From a bacterium (GTDB lineage Bacteria; SAR324; NAC60-12): a stretch of 64,000 nt of DNA. This document shows, piece by piece, positions 54,093 through 64,000 of this stretch. Made by a program: the position numbers and the translations under genes. The stretch covers positions 1,216,001 to 1,280,000 of the forward strand of contig OZ242383.1 of NCBI GenBank assembly GCA_965209155.1, given 5' to 3'. Every line of letters starts with the position of its first letter. Position 1 is the first letter of the stretch. The notes under the pieces were generated by a model, which did not search any database, was not told the origin of the DNA, and was given only the letters and a program-made list of their open reading frames with translations.

Positions 54093-57000
54093 TTAAGTTC
54101 CTTTGCAGGTTCGAATTCCGTACTTTTTCATTTTGTTGAAGAGGGTGGTCCGGGAGATTCCCAGGGCAGCAGCGGTTTTTATCTTGTGACCCTGGGAATT
54201 TTTCAGGGCAATGAGAATCGTCGCTTTTTCACTATCCGCAACGGCTTGCGCCATTTTCCTGTGGTTGATCTTATCTCCAAAAATTGAAGTTTCGCTGATT
54301 TTAGAATTTATCCGTTCCCCCGGAAAATCGACCTCTCCCAGGGAGACATAGCGATGCAGAGTGTTTTGCAACTCCCGGACATTGCCCGGCCAATCGTAGC
54401 CCTGCAGGGCTTCCAGAAATCCCGCTGTGATGGGCTTTCCTTTTTGAAGCGGTGCCGTGGATTTCAAAAAATGCTCGACCAGTAGGGGGATATCCTCTTT
54501 TCTTTCCCGGAGCGGGGGCAGGCGAATGGGAAGGACATGGATCCGGTAATAGAAATCTTCTCGAATTTGCCCCGTCTTCACCCGGTGACTCAGGTCCTGG
54601 GTTGAAGCTGCAATGAAGCGAATATCGGGCTTGATGACCTCGGTGGTGCCAAGCGGGGTAAAGCCGTTGCCCTCCAGAACACGAAGCAGTTTAACTTGCA
54701 GGTTCGGCCCGATATCGGCCAGTTCATCCAGGAACAAAGTGCCTTTATCGGTCAGGTGCAGGAAACCGTGCTGATCGCTGTCGGCCCCGGTAAAAGCGCC
54801 TTTTTTGTGTCCAAAGAACTCGCTCTCGATCAGGTTTTCGGGGATGGCCCCGAGGTTCACCGGAAAAAACACTTGCTCCTTGCGGTCACTGGCCTCGTGA
54901 ATGGCCCGGGAGACCAGTTCTTTCCCGGTTCCCGATTCACCGTAAAGGATCACGTTGACATCGGTGGACGCCGCTTTTAAAATCAACTCGTATACCTGCT
55001 GCATGGGTTCGCTTTTTCCGATAATGTCACCAAACCGAAAACGGTCTTTGGTGCGGGCTCGCAGGAGGATATTTTCCTGACGCAGGGAGGTTTCGCTCTC
55101 TTTTAGCTCGTCCATCGCCTTTTTGAGGTTTTCGTGAAGCCTGGCGTTTTCCAGAGAAATGGCGATCTGGGATGTGAGGTGTTTGATCACCTCTAATCGC
55201 TGGGAAGTGAAGGCTCCCTCGACCAGGTTATTTTCCAGGTAAATGATCCCGCTCAAAGATGACTTATGAGTGATCGGTGCGCACAGAATCGATTTAGGAC
55301 GTTTTCTTTTAATATAGTCATCCTCAACAAACCGTTCCTCCCGAGAGGCGTTGTCCAAAACCAGGTGTTCCCGGGTTTGTTTCACCCAGGAGATGACCGA
55401 GAGGGAGAGGGATTGAGCCTTTTCCACAGGCAGGGAAAGCGGCAGGAAACATTCAACCTGCTCGGCACTCCCACGGGCAGCGATGAGAGACTGACCTTCG
55501 GTTTCCAGTATCAGGGCTGCTGTCTGGGCCCCGGCATTTTCCATGAGAATGCCAAGCAGGATCTCGAGCAGCGGTTCCAGCTCGAGGGTACTGGAGATGG
55601 CCTCCGAGGCTTTGAGCATTGTCCCCAGGTCCAGGTTGGCAGAAGGAGACGTCGCTTCAGCACGATCATTGGCAATCAGTCCGGGATATCGAGACTTCAG
55701 GTGCGCGACTTTCCGTTTTGCTCCCCAGGCTTCGTATTTCTTCAATGCTGAGCGCAGGTAAGAGCCGGCGGCGGCGCTTTGCCCCTGGTTGAGCAAGTAC
55801 CTGGCTGCCAGTTCATTGGCCAGGGCTTCCTCGTGGATAAATTCACTCTCCCTGGCCAAAGCGATGGCCTGCTCATAATGGGACAGGATCGCATCGCTTT
55901 CACCCTCCAAAACCCTCATCCGTTCGGCTTCCACCAGGTGGTATTTATGCAAATAATTGGGTGGTGCGCAGCGCGCCAGTTTCTCCAACGTCTCCTGATG
56001 GTCATGAACCTGGGTGAGGATCTCTTCCTTTTCCCCCTCGCTCCCCTGGCCGTAAACCGCCAGGAGAGTGAGGGACAGGTAGCAGTTGGCCCAGTAATCA
56101 GCAAGAGGATCCTTGTAGGTTTTCATCAGGGTGATCATTTCAAAAACTGTCTCCCGCGCTGCTTCGTATTCTTCGAACAGGTATAGCAGCACCAGCTTAA
56201 GGTAATTAAAACAGCTCTGTTCAGGAGGTTGGTACGCTTCATCCGTCCCCCTATCGTATTGATCCATGATATCGCTCGACAGGGTCGCAGGTTCCTCCAT
56301 CAGAATCACGACTGCCTTCGTCAGCATTTCGGTCATGGAAAATCCGATAATAAAATCGATCTTCTCGAGAGCAACCTTCAACGATGACAATTCCCCTTTC
56401 AGCCAATTCAGCTCTTTCCCGCATATAAACGCTATACGACACCTTGCGACGGCATAAATACCAGCATTGTAGAAATCTCCTATTTCGATTTCCATCTTAT
56501 GAGCTTCCAGCAAGGGCTCCAATGTCGCCGATAGCGGCTCCCGGTAGGACCGGATCGCGCCGTTGAACCCCCCGGAAACTCTACAGTTTATTTCCTTCAG
56601 ATCAAGCGCTTCCATGAGCTGTATGCTCAGATGACCGAGTTCATAACCAAATTCAAAATCCTGCATAAACTGGCAATATATACTTCCAAGGGTAATATAG
56701 AACTCGGGTGAATATTTCGGATGAAAATGATTCAGCAGAAAAGAGATGCGTTTTGAAGCGATGGGCTGCCAAAGGCCGTCATCCAGAGTCATCCCAGTCA
56801 AGCCATAGGCCACATGGAGCCTGTACAGGACATGGACAATGTCCTCGGCATGCGGTTGGGTGAGTGGCTCAAAGCGCATCACGTGCTCGACGCTTTTACC
56901 AGCCAGGCCGGATTTGATTTGAACGAGGATCTGCTGCCACTGGCCGGGAGACAAACGGCTCAGTTGACAGCCCAATTTCTCCAGAATTTCCGCGCCCGTT

Positions 57001-59879
57001 TCCATGGCCTTCTTTAATTCACCCTGGTTGGTATACGCCTTGATCAGGCATAAATAAACATTGGCCAGGTCCGGGTCCTCTCGGGCGTTGTCTTTTACAG
57101 CACCTGCCAGCCTCTCCATCAACTCGAAGCGGCTGCAGAGCCATGACATCTCCGTGGCTTCCTCATGCAGGGATAAGGTCAGGGGGTATTGCCGTTTCCA
57201 GGCGGTGGCTCCTATAAGGTCCAGGCCCAGGGTAAAGTATTCCAGGGCCTGTTCAAAAGCCGAAGCCGCCCTGGCCTGACGACCGGCTTCCAGGTTGAGT
57301 TCCGCCAGCTGCGATCGGTCTTTCCATTTATCCTTCGCCCTCCGGGCCAGGTTGAGATGGTGGACGATGTCAAAAAGCAGAGCGTCCCTTTTACCGGGAA
57401 CGTATTGCTTGAGCAGGGCCTGACCGATTTGAAGATGAACCGTCTGTTTTTCCTTTTGCGCAATGAGGGCATAGGCAGCTTGCTGCACCCGGTCATGCAG
57501 GAATTTGAAGCTGCCGCTCTCCGCGCTCGCTCCGGCGGTCGGATTATCCAGCTCCGGAGCCCGGGAAAAACCGAGGATCAACCCGGTTTCCAAGGCCGGC
57601 AACAGGTTCTCATCGATCTCTCCGCTTCCTTCTCCGCTGATCAACTCCAAGGATTCCAGGTCAAAAGTATTGCCGATGCAGGCCGCCAGGCTTAAGAGTT
57701 TCCTGGTTTCAGAGGAAAACCGATGGAGCCGGTCAATCAGCAACGCCACCACATTCTCGGTCACCGCCAGGAACTCGATGGCAGCCAGCTCCCAGGTCCA
57801 TCGTTTTTCCTCAGGGGAGTAGTGGATCAGCTCCTTCTCGGAGAGTACGGTCAAGAACTGGCTCACAAAGAAAGGATTGCCGCCGGTTTTTCGTACCAGG
57901 AGCTCGGCCAGCGGTTTGGCCTTTTCGGGACGGCAGTGGCAGGTATGGACGAGCAGCTGTGAGATGTTCTCCGGGTTGAGGGGCTTTAAGGGGATCGTTT
58001 GCACAGGCTGGCCTGTTTTTTTAATCACCTCACGACTGATCATCAACCGGTGATCGGCCTCCACCTCGTTGTCGCGATAGGCTCCCAGGAAAAGCAGAGG
58101 TTTCCTCTCCGGATCCTGGGCGAACCGTTCCACCAGCTTGAGGGTATCGGCGTCCATCCACTGCAAGTCGTCCAGAAAAATAACCAGGGGATGGGTTTTT
58201 TCACAGAAAATAAAGATGAAATCCAGTAAAACGGTTGTGAAGCGGTTGCGGGACTCCAGCGCTCCCATTTCCGGCAGCGGGGGTTGCGGGCCGATCACCT
58301 GTTCCAGTTCCGGGATCACCCGGGTCACCAGTTGTCCGTTGGGGCCCAGCGCTGCCCGTATCCTGCTTTTCCAACGCTCCATTCCGGATTTCTCTTCGAC
58401 CGATACCTCCCGGATGAGTCCCCGCAGCGCCTGGATCAGGGCGCTGTAGGGGATATTATGCCGGAGCTGGTCAAACTTGCCGGAGATGAGATAACCGTTT
58501 TTTTGGGCAACGGACCGGTGAATTTCACCGACCAGGGCGGTTTTGCCGACACCAGCGGATCCCGAGATCAGCACCATCTCGGTCGCTCCCTGGCTGACTC
58601 GCTCCAGGGCGTTCTCCAGGGCGGCGATTTCATCCTTCCGGCCGTAAAGCCCCGGGGCGATCTGCAGTTCTTCAGGCATATCATGGCGGCCCAGGGGAAA
58701 GTCGGACAAGCTCCCCTGCATTTCCAGTTGCTCCACACATGCCAGCAGATCAGCTATCAGGCCCGAGTGACTCTGGTAGCGCGCCTCGGCACGCTTGGCC
58801 ACCAGTTTCATCACCAGGCGGGAAAGGACTCTGGGTACTTGCGGTTCCATCTCGTCAAGGGGCAGGGGCTGCCGGGCAATGTGAGCGTAGATGATTTCCA
58901 TGGCCTCCCGGGACCCGAAAGGCACTCTCCTGCTGAAAAGTTCATAAAGGGTGGCGCCCAGGGAATAAAAATCACTGCGATAATCGAGCACCCGGTTCAT
59001 CCGGCCGGTCTGCTCGGGGGAGATATAGGGCAGGGTTTCCCCGCTTAGCCGGGGACTCAACGTCGTCAAATTTTCCTTAGGCAACCGGGTGGCCAGGCCG
59101 AATCCGGTCAGTTTGACCGTTCCCGATGCCGGATCGACAAAAATATTGAACGGATTGATCATTTTATGAAGAATACCCTGCCGGTGCACTTCTTCCAGGA
59201 TGCCGGCCAGTGAAAGCGCTATCTTCAGCAAGTCCGGCAGCTCGAGCCGGGCGGTATCCATCAGCTTTCTTAAAGGGAGCCCTTCGGTGTTTTCCAGGAT
59301 CAAAGCCCACCCGTTTTCACACTGCACCAGTTCCTCTGCCCTGAGGACCCCATCGATCTCGAGAGCCCGGGTGATCTCATGCTCATGCCGCATTTCCGCC
59401 AGTTCCTGCGCGTTCTGCTCGGAAGATGCCGCTCCCTTGATCAGAACCAGAAGCCCGTCGCTTTGCCGCTTGCCACGCCAGAGCCGGGTCCGGCTGCTTT
59501 CAAAAATGACCTCCTCCAGAGAATAACCCGGTATTTCCGATTTTTCCTCACTGGAAACGGACTTCGTTTTGTTCACAACCGGTTCAGGAGATACAGGAGA
59601 GGCTTTATTATTCTTCGCATCCACCGGATCATGACCCAGGACCAACTCATGCATCAGGTTCCTGGCAATGTTGCGGGCTTCTCTGGCGGTCAAAACCCCA
59701 TGCGTGCCAATGGTATAGCGTCTCTGTCGTCTATTGATGCGGTATTGCAGGAGATACACCCGTCTGCCCTTTGGGGTTATTTTACAGCCGAACATCGGCA
59801 ACTCCGTGTCCCACAGGAAGCAGTCTTTTGTTCCGCATGACAGATTTTCGACGGATTGCTTGCTGATTTTGCCTTTCAC
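54093..59879 (-). CDS. Multidomain sigma54-dependent activator: integrase arm-binding domain + Ser/Thr pseudokinase + AAA ATPase + helical region + GAF + sigma54 AAA+ + Fis HTH
   Basis: N-term LWDTELPMFG..GRRVY..YR..RRYTIGTHG.LT..EAR; YISPEQTGRMNR; GSAGVGKT and LDDLQW; GESGTGKE, GAFTGA, LFLDE, WPGNVREL; GGAGG RBS before GTG. Confidence 0.88.
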   Translation of the reverse strand: MKGKISKQSVENLSCGTKDCFLWDTELPMFGCKITPKGRRVYLLQYRINRRQRRYTIGTHGVLTAREARNIARNLMHELVLGHDPVDAKNNKASPVSPEPVVNKTKSVSSEEKSEIPGYSLEEVIFESSRTRLWRGKRQSDGLLVLIKGAASSEQNAQELAEMRHEHEITRALEIDGVLRAEELVQCENGWALILENTEGLPLRKLMDTARLELPDLLKIALSLAGILEEVHRQGILHKMINPFNIFVDPASGTVKLTGFGLATRLPKENLTTLSPRLSGETLPYISPEQTGRMNRVLDYRSDFYSLGATLYELFSRRVPFGSREAMEIIYAHIARQPLPLDEMEPQVPRVLSRLVMKLVAKRAEARYQSHSGLIADLLACVEQLEMQGSLSDFPLGRHDMPEELQIAPGLYGRKDEIAALENALERVSQGATEMVLISGSAGVGKTALVGEIHRSVAQKNGYLISGKFDQLRHNIPYSALIQALRGLIREVSVEEKSGMERWKSRIRAALGPNGQLVTRVIPELEQVIGPQPPLPEMGALESRNRFTTVLLDFIFIFCEKTHPLVIFLDDLQWMDADTLKLVERFAQDPERKPLLFLGAYRDNEVEADHRLMISREVIKKTGQPVQTIPLKPLNPENISQLLVHTCHCRPEKAKPLAELLVRKTGGNPFFVSQFLTVLSEKELIHYSPEEKRWTWELAAIEFLAVTENVVALLIDRLHRFSSETRKLLSLAACIGNTFDLESLELISGEGSGEIDENLLPALETGLILGFSRAPELDNPTAGASAESGSFKFLHDRVQQAAYALIAQKEKQTVHLQIGQALLKQYVPGKRDALLFDIVHHLNLARRAKDKWKDRSQLAELNLEAGRQARAASAFEQALEYFTLGLDLIGATAWKRQYPLTLSLHEEATEMSWLCSRFELMERLAGAVKDNAREDPDLANVYLCLIKAYTNQGELKKAMETGAEILEKLGCQLSRLSPGQWQQILVQIKSGLAGKSVEHVMRFEPLTQPHAEDIVHVLYRLHVAYGLTGMTLDDGLWQPIASKRISFLLNHFHPKYSPEFYITLGSIYCQFMQDFEFGYELGHLSIQLMEALDLKEINCRVSGGFNGAIRSYREPLSATLEPLLEAHKMEIEIGDFYNAGIYAVARCRIAFICGKELNWLKGELSSLKVALEKIDFIIGFSMTEMLTKAVVILMEEPATLSSDIMDQYDRGTDEAYQPPEQSCFNYLKLVLLYLFEEYEAARETVFEMITLMKTYKDPLADYWANCYLSLTLLAVYGQGSEGEKEEILTQVHDHQETLEKLARCAPPNYLHKYHLVEAERMRVLEGESDAILSHYEQAIALARESEFIHEEALANELAARYLLNQGQSAAAGSYLRSALKKYEAWGAKRKVAHLKSRYPGLIANDRAEATSPSANLDLGTMLKASEAISSTLELEPLLEILLGILMENAGAQTAALILETEGQSLIAARGSAEQVECFLPLSLPVEKAQSLSLSVISWVKQTREHLVLDNASREERFVEDDYIKRKRPKSILCAPITHKSSLSGIIYLENNLVEGAFTSQRLEVIKHLTSQIAISLENARLHENLKKAMDELKESETSLRQENILLRARTKDRFRFGDIIGKSEPMQQVYELILKAASTDVNVILYGESGTGKELVSRAIHEASDRKEQVFFPVNLGAIPENLIESEFFGHKKGAFTGADSDQHGFLHLTDKGTLFLDELADIGPNLQVKLLRVLEGNGFTPLGTTEVIKPDIRFIAASTQDLSHRVKTGQIREDFYYRIHVLPIRLPPLRERKEDIPLLVEHFLKSTAPLQKGKPITAGFLEALQGYDWPGNVRELQNTLHRYVSLGEVDFPGERINSKISETSIFGDKINHRKMAQAVADSEKATILIALKNSQGHKIKTAAALGISRTTLFNKMKKYGIRTCKGT

Positions 59880-59941
59880 AGTCCTCCCGCTATTTTGGAT
59901 ATCAAATAAAAATCAATGATTCTGCTTGACGCATCGTGCCA

Positions 59942-60087
59942 CGTCACCGCTGTGGAAAAATAGACAGTAAACAAATAGCAAACATTCGTCAACAGAATTA
60001 TTTATCAAAGAGAGTCATACCTCGTCACCGCTGTGGAAAAATAGACAGTAAACAAATAGCAAACATTCGTCAACAGAATTGTTTATC
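59942..60087. repeat. 65-bp direct repeat (two copies, one mismatch) upstream of the fusion gene
   Basis: 59942-60006 and 60023-60087; a degenerate third copy extends to ~60140; contains GTAAACAAATAGCAAACA. Confidence 0.9.
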
Positions 60088-60385
60088 TGCTTGACTTATC
60101 GTGCAACGTTACCAATGCTGAAAATTGACAGCAATCAAATTACATCATTGTGAAAAGGGGTCCGATTGATTGAAAGTCGACCAAGCCGAGAAAAAATAGG
60201 GTTGAGAGAGGGAATTGCGTTGATGTGGTTCTATTCAAGGATGATATCTTTCTAGCTTTTGCTGAAAAGGTGAGAAAAGCAAGCTTGTTTCTCTTGAGGA
60301 GACTTGTTAAAATCTCATGAAATCAAATCAGAGAATTCGAATGCAATTATTGAAGATTCTCAAGGATTTTATTAAATAAAGCCTT

Positions 60386-60691
60386 ATGCTCCAGGAAATA
60401 GGTGCTAAAATACAGGCAGGCTCATTTGAATTCTCAAAACATGCTCTTGACCAAAGCATTATTCGCCGAATTCGTTTAGAAGAAATACGTGAGGTAATTG
60501 CATCAGGTGAAATTATTGAGGATTATCCAGAAGATAAATATGGCCCCAGTTGCCTTATTTTGGGTTTTACTCAGGCTAAAAGGCCTCTACATATTCAGTG
60601 TAGTTATCCTTCTCGGTCTTTAATAAAGATCATCACTCTTTATGAACCTGATGAAGCCCGATGGACAGACTTTAAAATAAGGAGAACTTAA
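60386..60691 (+). CDS. DUF4258 family putative toxin
   Basis: FSKHALDQ, GEIIEDYPEDKYGPSCLILG, PLHI, ITLYEP..W. Confidence 0.88.
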   Translation: MLQEIGAKIQAGSFEFSKHALDQSIIRRIRLEEIREVIASGEIIEDYPEDKYGPSCLILGFTQAKRPLHIQCSYPSRSLIKIITLYEPDEARWTDFKIRRT

Positions 60692-60692
60692 A

Positions 60693-60917
60693 ATGGAATC
60701 AGATCTTTGGAAGGAATCGTTACAAGAATGCACAGTGACCTATACCCTTGAGATGGATGGAAGGCTGATTGTTGTTGAAAACGTTCCCGCTCGGGTCAAT
60801 CAAGAAACCGGAGAACAGCTTTTCTCTCCAGAAACGGTTCAACGCATCCAACAAATGGCATGGGAGCAAAAGAAACCCAATCGGGTCATAGAGGTTCCTG
60901 TATTTGAGTTTGCTTAA
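60693..60917 (+). CDS. YgiT-type zinc-finger-like putative antitoxin lacking the canonical Cys pairs
   Basis: IVVENVPARVNQETGEQLFSPETV..IQ. Confidence 0.8.
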   Translation: MESDLWKESLQECTVTYTLEMDGRLIVVENVPARVNQETGEQLFSPETVQRIQQMAWEQKKPNRVIEVPVFEFA

Positions 60918-61440
60918 AAGAGCATATAGAGAAACCCTTTTCCTAATTCCTTGTTGCTACTTTTACTGACAGATTACTGACAAACTATATACAAGATAAC
61001 GTCATTATAAAAATTCCTAAAAACTCAACTTAACCCCGGCCAATAGGGTTCTTCCTCAGTTTGTTCTTGCAAAACCCATTGTTAAAAATTTTGCTCCTGC
61101 ATTGGTGGTTTAATTCGTTCTTAGCCCAGTATTTAAAGGGTTTCACGAGGAATTGAGGGTTGGTAGAAAACTTCGTTCGGAAAATCTGGGGACAGTTACC
61201 AATTTTTGCAATGAAAATCCGAAAATCCGGGGACCGTCCCGTAACCACCACGAGAGGGACAAACGCTTCGTAGGTTGGGATTGATTGCTCAAGATGAGAA
61301 CAAGGGAATTCAGAAGAGTTGCTCGTTGGTGTTAACATTAATTTGTATGGTTATGATCGCTCCTTAAAATGTTGTTGACTGTGTCTTTTGCTAAATCCTT
61401 ACCTCCTTGTTCAGGTATGGTCTTCTAATTAATCCCATTA

Positions 61441-61992
61441 AACCACCAGCTCTGCTGGTGCGAACCTAATAGGCTTTGCCGGTCAGACATGAGAGACGTA
61501 TCCGTGTCCGTGAGCCGTGCTCGTGCTCGTGAACGGTCAGTGAATTCGACGGCACATTTTGGTTAACATAGAAACAATGCGATGAAGTAACTGTTTCCCT
61601 TCGTCAAATAAAGGAGGCTGGATGATCTTCAACACGTTTAAAACATCGAGAATAGCTGCGCATTCCATTGCGGAACCTCGGGCAAATGCATAGAATCGTT
61701 GCTTGTCAGGAAAGGAATTTTATCCACAGCCTTCTGCGATATTGAGAGGAATCGACCATGAGGCCCTTTTCAGTTGGTCAACTAAGGCTGAGTATCCTTT
61801 TGGCAATGTTTCGATGACTTGGACAGATAACGCTAAAAATTCGATGGAACATTGGTATACATCGAGTTTTTCATGATCTAACATGGCAGCCTTTTTCGTT
61901 CACGAGCACGAGCACGTCTTACGATGACGAACACGTTTTGCCCCCATCCTGGGGGCCTCTTCAAGCCACCGGCTCTGCCGGTGGTGATGACT
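61441..61992. mobile_element. IS200/IS605-like end hairpins enclosing a hexamer-flanked four-helix-bundle cassette instead of tnpA
   Basis: CACCAGCTCTGCTGGTG (61444-60) and CCACCGGCTCTGCCGGTGG (61966-84); hexamer arrays at ~61497-61535 and ~61897-61935. Confidence 0.65.
61537..61884 (-). pseudogene. Four-helix-bundle (23S rRNA IVP/Avd-like) protein with one in-frame stop, not in the ORF track
   Basis: MLDHEKLDVYQ..DQLKRASWSIPLNIAEGCG*NS..ARGSAMECAAILD..RIVSMLTKM; TAA at 61720-22. Confidence 0.88.
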
Positions 61993-62121
61993 TTATTTTA
62001 AACGCTTGACCGCCATTGAGACGGATCACAATGGCCCCTTAATTCTCATTCGTGGCATTGACCCGTCCCGGTAAAATGATTTTTTGCTGCCTCAGTATTC
62101 CCTTACTCAAGTATAAAAAGC

Positions 62122-63120
62122 TTACCAGGCATAGGCTTCCGGAGCTTCTCCCCCGGGTCCCGGCCAGATCTCATCGAGTTGCTTCAGGGTCGCTTCATCC
62201 AGGGTGACCTCGGTCGCCCGGATGGAACTCTCCAATTGCTCCAGGGTACGGGGACCGATAATTATCGAGGTTACGGCCGGATTGTGCAGGAGCCAGGCCT
62301 GGGCTATCACAGCGGGTTCCTCTCCCAGTTCCCGGCAAAGCGCTTCGTACCGTTCGACCTGGTTGCGGTGTTTGGTCAAATAATCCCGCACCCCTTCCTT
62401 CTCCCGGCGTCCTCCTTCCGGTATATCATTCAGGATGCCTCCCAGGAAACCACCATGTACCGGACTCCAGGGAATCAAACCGAGTCCATAATGCCGGCAG
62501 GCAGGGATCACTTCCAGTTCGACTGTGCGAACAGCCAGGTTGTAACGACTCTGTTCGCTCACCAGGCCCATCAAGTTGCGCCGGGCTGCTTCCTGACAGG
62601 CGGTGGCGATGTCCCATCCGGCAAAGTTGGAAGACCCCACGTAAATGATCTTGCCTTGCTTCACCAGGCTGTCAAAAACTTGCCAGGTTTCCTCCCAGGG
62701 ACATTCCCGGTCGATGTGGTGCATTTGATAGAGGTCGATCACCTCGGTTTGCAACCGGCGTAGCGATCCCTCCAACTGCCGGCGGATCTTCACTGCGCCT
62801 ATTGCCTCTGATTGCCGGTTCGGTTCCGGACGGAGTCCTTCCTTCAAGAACGCCTTGAAGACCTTGGTAGCCAGCACCACTGCATCCCGCCGACCGTCTC
62901 CCTGGGCAAACCAGCGTCCCAGGGTTTCCTCGGTGGCTCCATACTGGTCGAATGCATAGAAATCGGCGGTGTCGAAGAAATTGATGCCATGCTCCAGAGC
63001 CCGGTCCATGATGGCAAAACTTTCCTTTTCACCGATCAAGGTGCCAATATTCACCGTGCCAAGACATAAGTTGCTTACCAATGTGCCGTGTCGGCCCAGT
63101 CGTTTGTATTTCACTGCCAT
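62122..63120 (-). CDS. Aldo/keto reductase
   Basis: FFDTADFY, LATK, SLRRLQ..IDLYQMH, YVGSSN, PWSP. Confidence 0.95.
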   Translation of the reverse strand: MAVKYKRLGRHGTLVSNLCLGTVNIGTLIGEKESFAIMDRALEHGINFFDTADFYAFDQYGATEETLGRWFAQGDGRRDAVVLATKVFKAFLKEGLRPEPNRQSEAIGAVKIRRQLEGSLRRLQTEVIDLYQMHHIDRECPWEETWQVFDSLVKQGKIIYVGSSNFAGWDIATACQEAARRNLMGLVSEQSRYNLAVRTVELEVIPACRHYGLGLIPWSPVHGGFLGGILNDIPEGGRREKEGVRDYLTKHRNQVERYEALCRELGEEPAVIAQAWLLHNPAVTSIIIGPRTLEQLESSIRATEVTLDEATLKQLDEIWPGPGGEAPEAYAW

Positions 63121-63381
63121 AGATCTCTCCTTTCCTGATTCAAAATACGGGGACAGTTACTGATTATTTACCAAAATCCGGGAACTGTCACGCAACCACA
63201 ATTTGTTACCCCTATTTTCACATATCTGCCTGTGTTGTTCAATGTATTTCTTTGTTGAGAATCCAAGAGTATTTTCAACATTTTCTAAATCAATTGAAAG
63301 ATTAATCGAGGATCCTCTCTACCAACCCTTCCTCCTGAAAAGCTTCCAAAAAGAGCGACAACAGATTTCTTTGCGTTCTCG

Positions 63382-63999
63382 CTAGTGAATGATTCTTTCA
63401 GGAGGCGTTTGTTCGAGTGGGTCTTTGCTTTTCCAAGGCTTCTCGGGGGGATAACGTCTTTCAGGCTGGTTCATGGCGGCCCGGCGACCGGTCGTGGTGG
63501 AACGCCAGGTATAGGCTCTGGTGAGTTCTTCCTTGCTGGAGCGGGGGCTGAGTTCTCCCACCCGCACATAGTTGCCCTCATCAATGGTCTGCCGCAGGCC
63601 ACGAAGGAGGCCGGCTTCCATCCCATGCCCTTCAATCCCTCCGATCGATTCAGTGATCAAAGTCAGACGTTTCAGTAATTTTTCAGAAGCATTCGCCAGG
63701 ACCTCAGGGCGTATGCTGATCGGATGAAGTTCCTGGGTTCGCTGCCATGGTTTAATGCAGGCCATCACCACCATGTGGCGCGGTTGATCGGTTTGGTTGA
63801 TCCCAGTTCCATGAAGAGTGTACCCATCCATCAACATGAGGGTCCCTGCTTTGACTTCCAAGTTGATGGGTGGAGGCAGTTTGCCCACTGGTTTTTGATA
63901 GCCGTTCTCATAGATGATCTTCGCGCTTCGAGGGATAACCAGAGTCGAACCATTCAAGTAGCTGACATCTTCCAAATACAATAAATGGTTGGTCAGCAG
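63382..63999 (-). CDS. Phytanoyl-CoA dioxygenase family protein, 5'-partial
   Basis: Frame open to the window edge; NGSTLVIPRS, AGT..M.G..LHGTGINQTDQPR. Confidence 0.75.
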   Translation of the reverse strand: MLTNHLLYLEDVSYLNGSTLVIPRSAKIIYENGYQKPVGKLPPPINLEVKAGTLMLMDGYTLHGTGINQTDQPRHMVVMACIKPWQRTQELHPISIRPEVLANASEKLLKRLTLITESIGGIEGHGMEAGLLRGLRQTIDEGNYVRVGELSPRSSKEELTRAYTWRSTTTGRRAAMNQPERRYPPEKPWKSKDPLEQTPPERIIH

Positions 64000-64000
64000 G

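Noticed and set aside
61537..61884. Avd-like gene as evidence of a DGR
   Set aside because: The fold is shared with stand-alone four-helix-bundle proteins; no RT or template repeat nearby, and the gene has a stop codon.

Overview
Bacterial chromosomal window. The lineage looks Deltaproteobacteria/SAR324-like, inferred only from the split atp operon with two b subunits. Housekeeping blocks are acyl-CoA dehydrogenases, tkt-rpiA-rpe-gap, a BMP-type ABC transporter, lptC-like, aroK, mnmA and atpF'FHAGDC. They flank a ~17.3 kb accessory/defence island (19926-37273) bracketed by an exact 20-bp inverted repeat. The island holds two apparently identical 819-nt group II introns with internally deleted RT ORFs. 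Their predicted EBS1 loop (UCAUUC) pairs with the conserved end (GAATGA) of a dispersed REP palindrome, and an intron-free copy of the target lies at 35841-35901. Each intron sits in a REP/MITE that interrupts a RAYT (Y1 transposase) pseudogene. The island also carries an NYN RNase gene behind a promoter plus ~91-nt rod-like hairpin, a TIGR04255-like three-gene module, IS256/IS1595/ISKra4-like remnants and a helicase-less type ISP-like R-M gene. The right third has a mosaic sugar ABC/oxidoreductase cluster, toxin-antitoxin pairs, a 1928-aa sigma54 activator fused to an integrase arm-binding domain, and a four-helix-bundle cassette flanked by inverted hexamer arrays inside IS200-like ends. No tRNA, rRNA or CRISPR array was seen. 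All family calls come from motif recognition by eye, not database searches.
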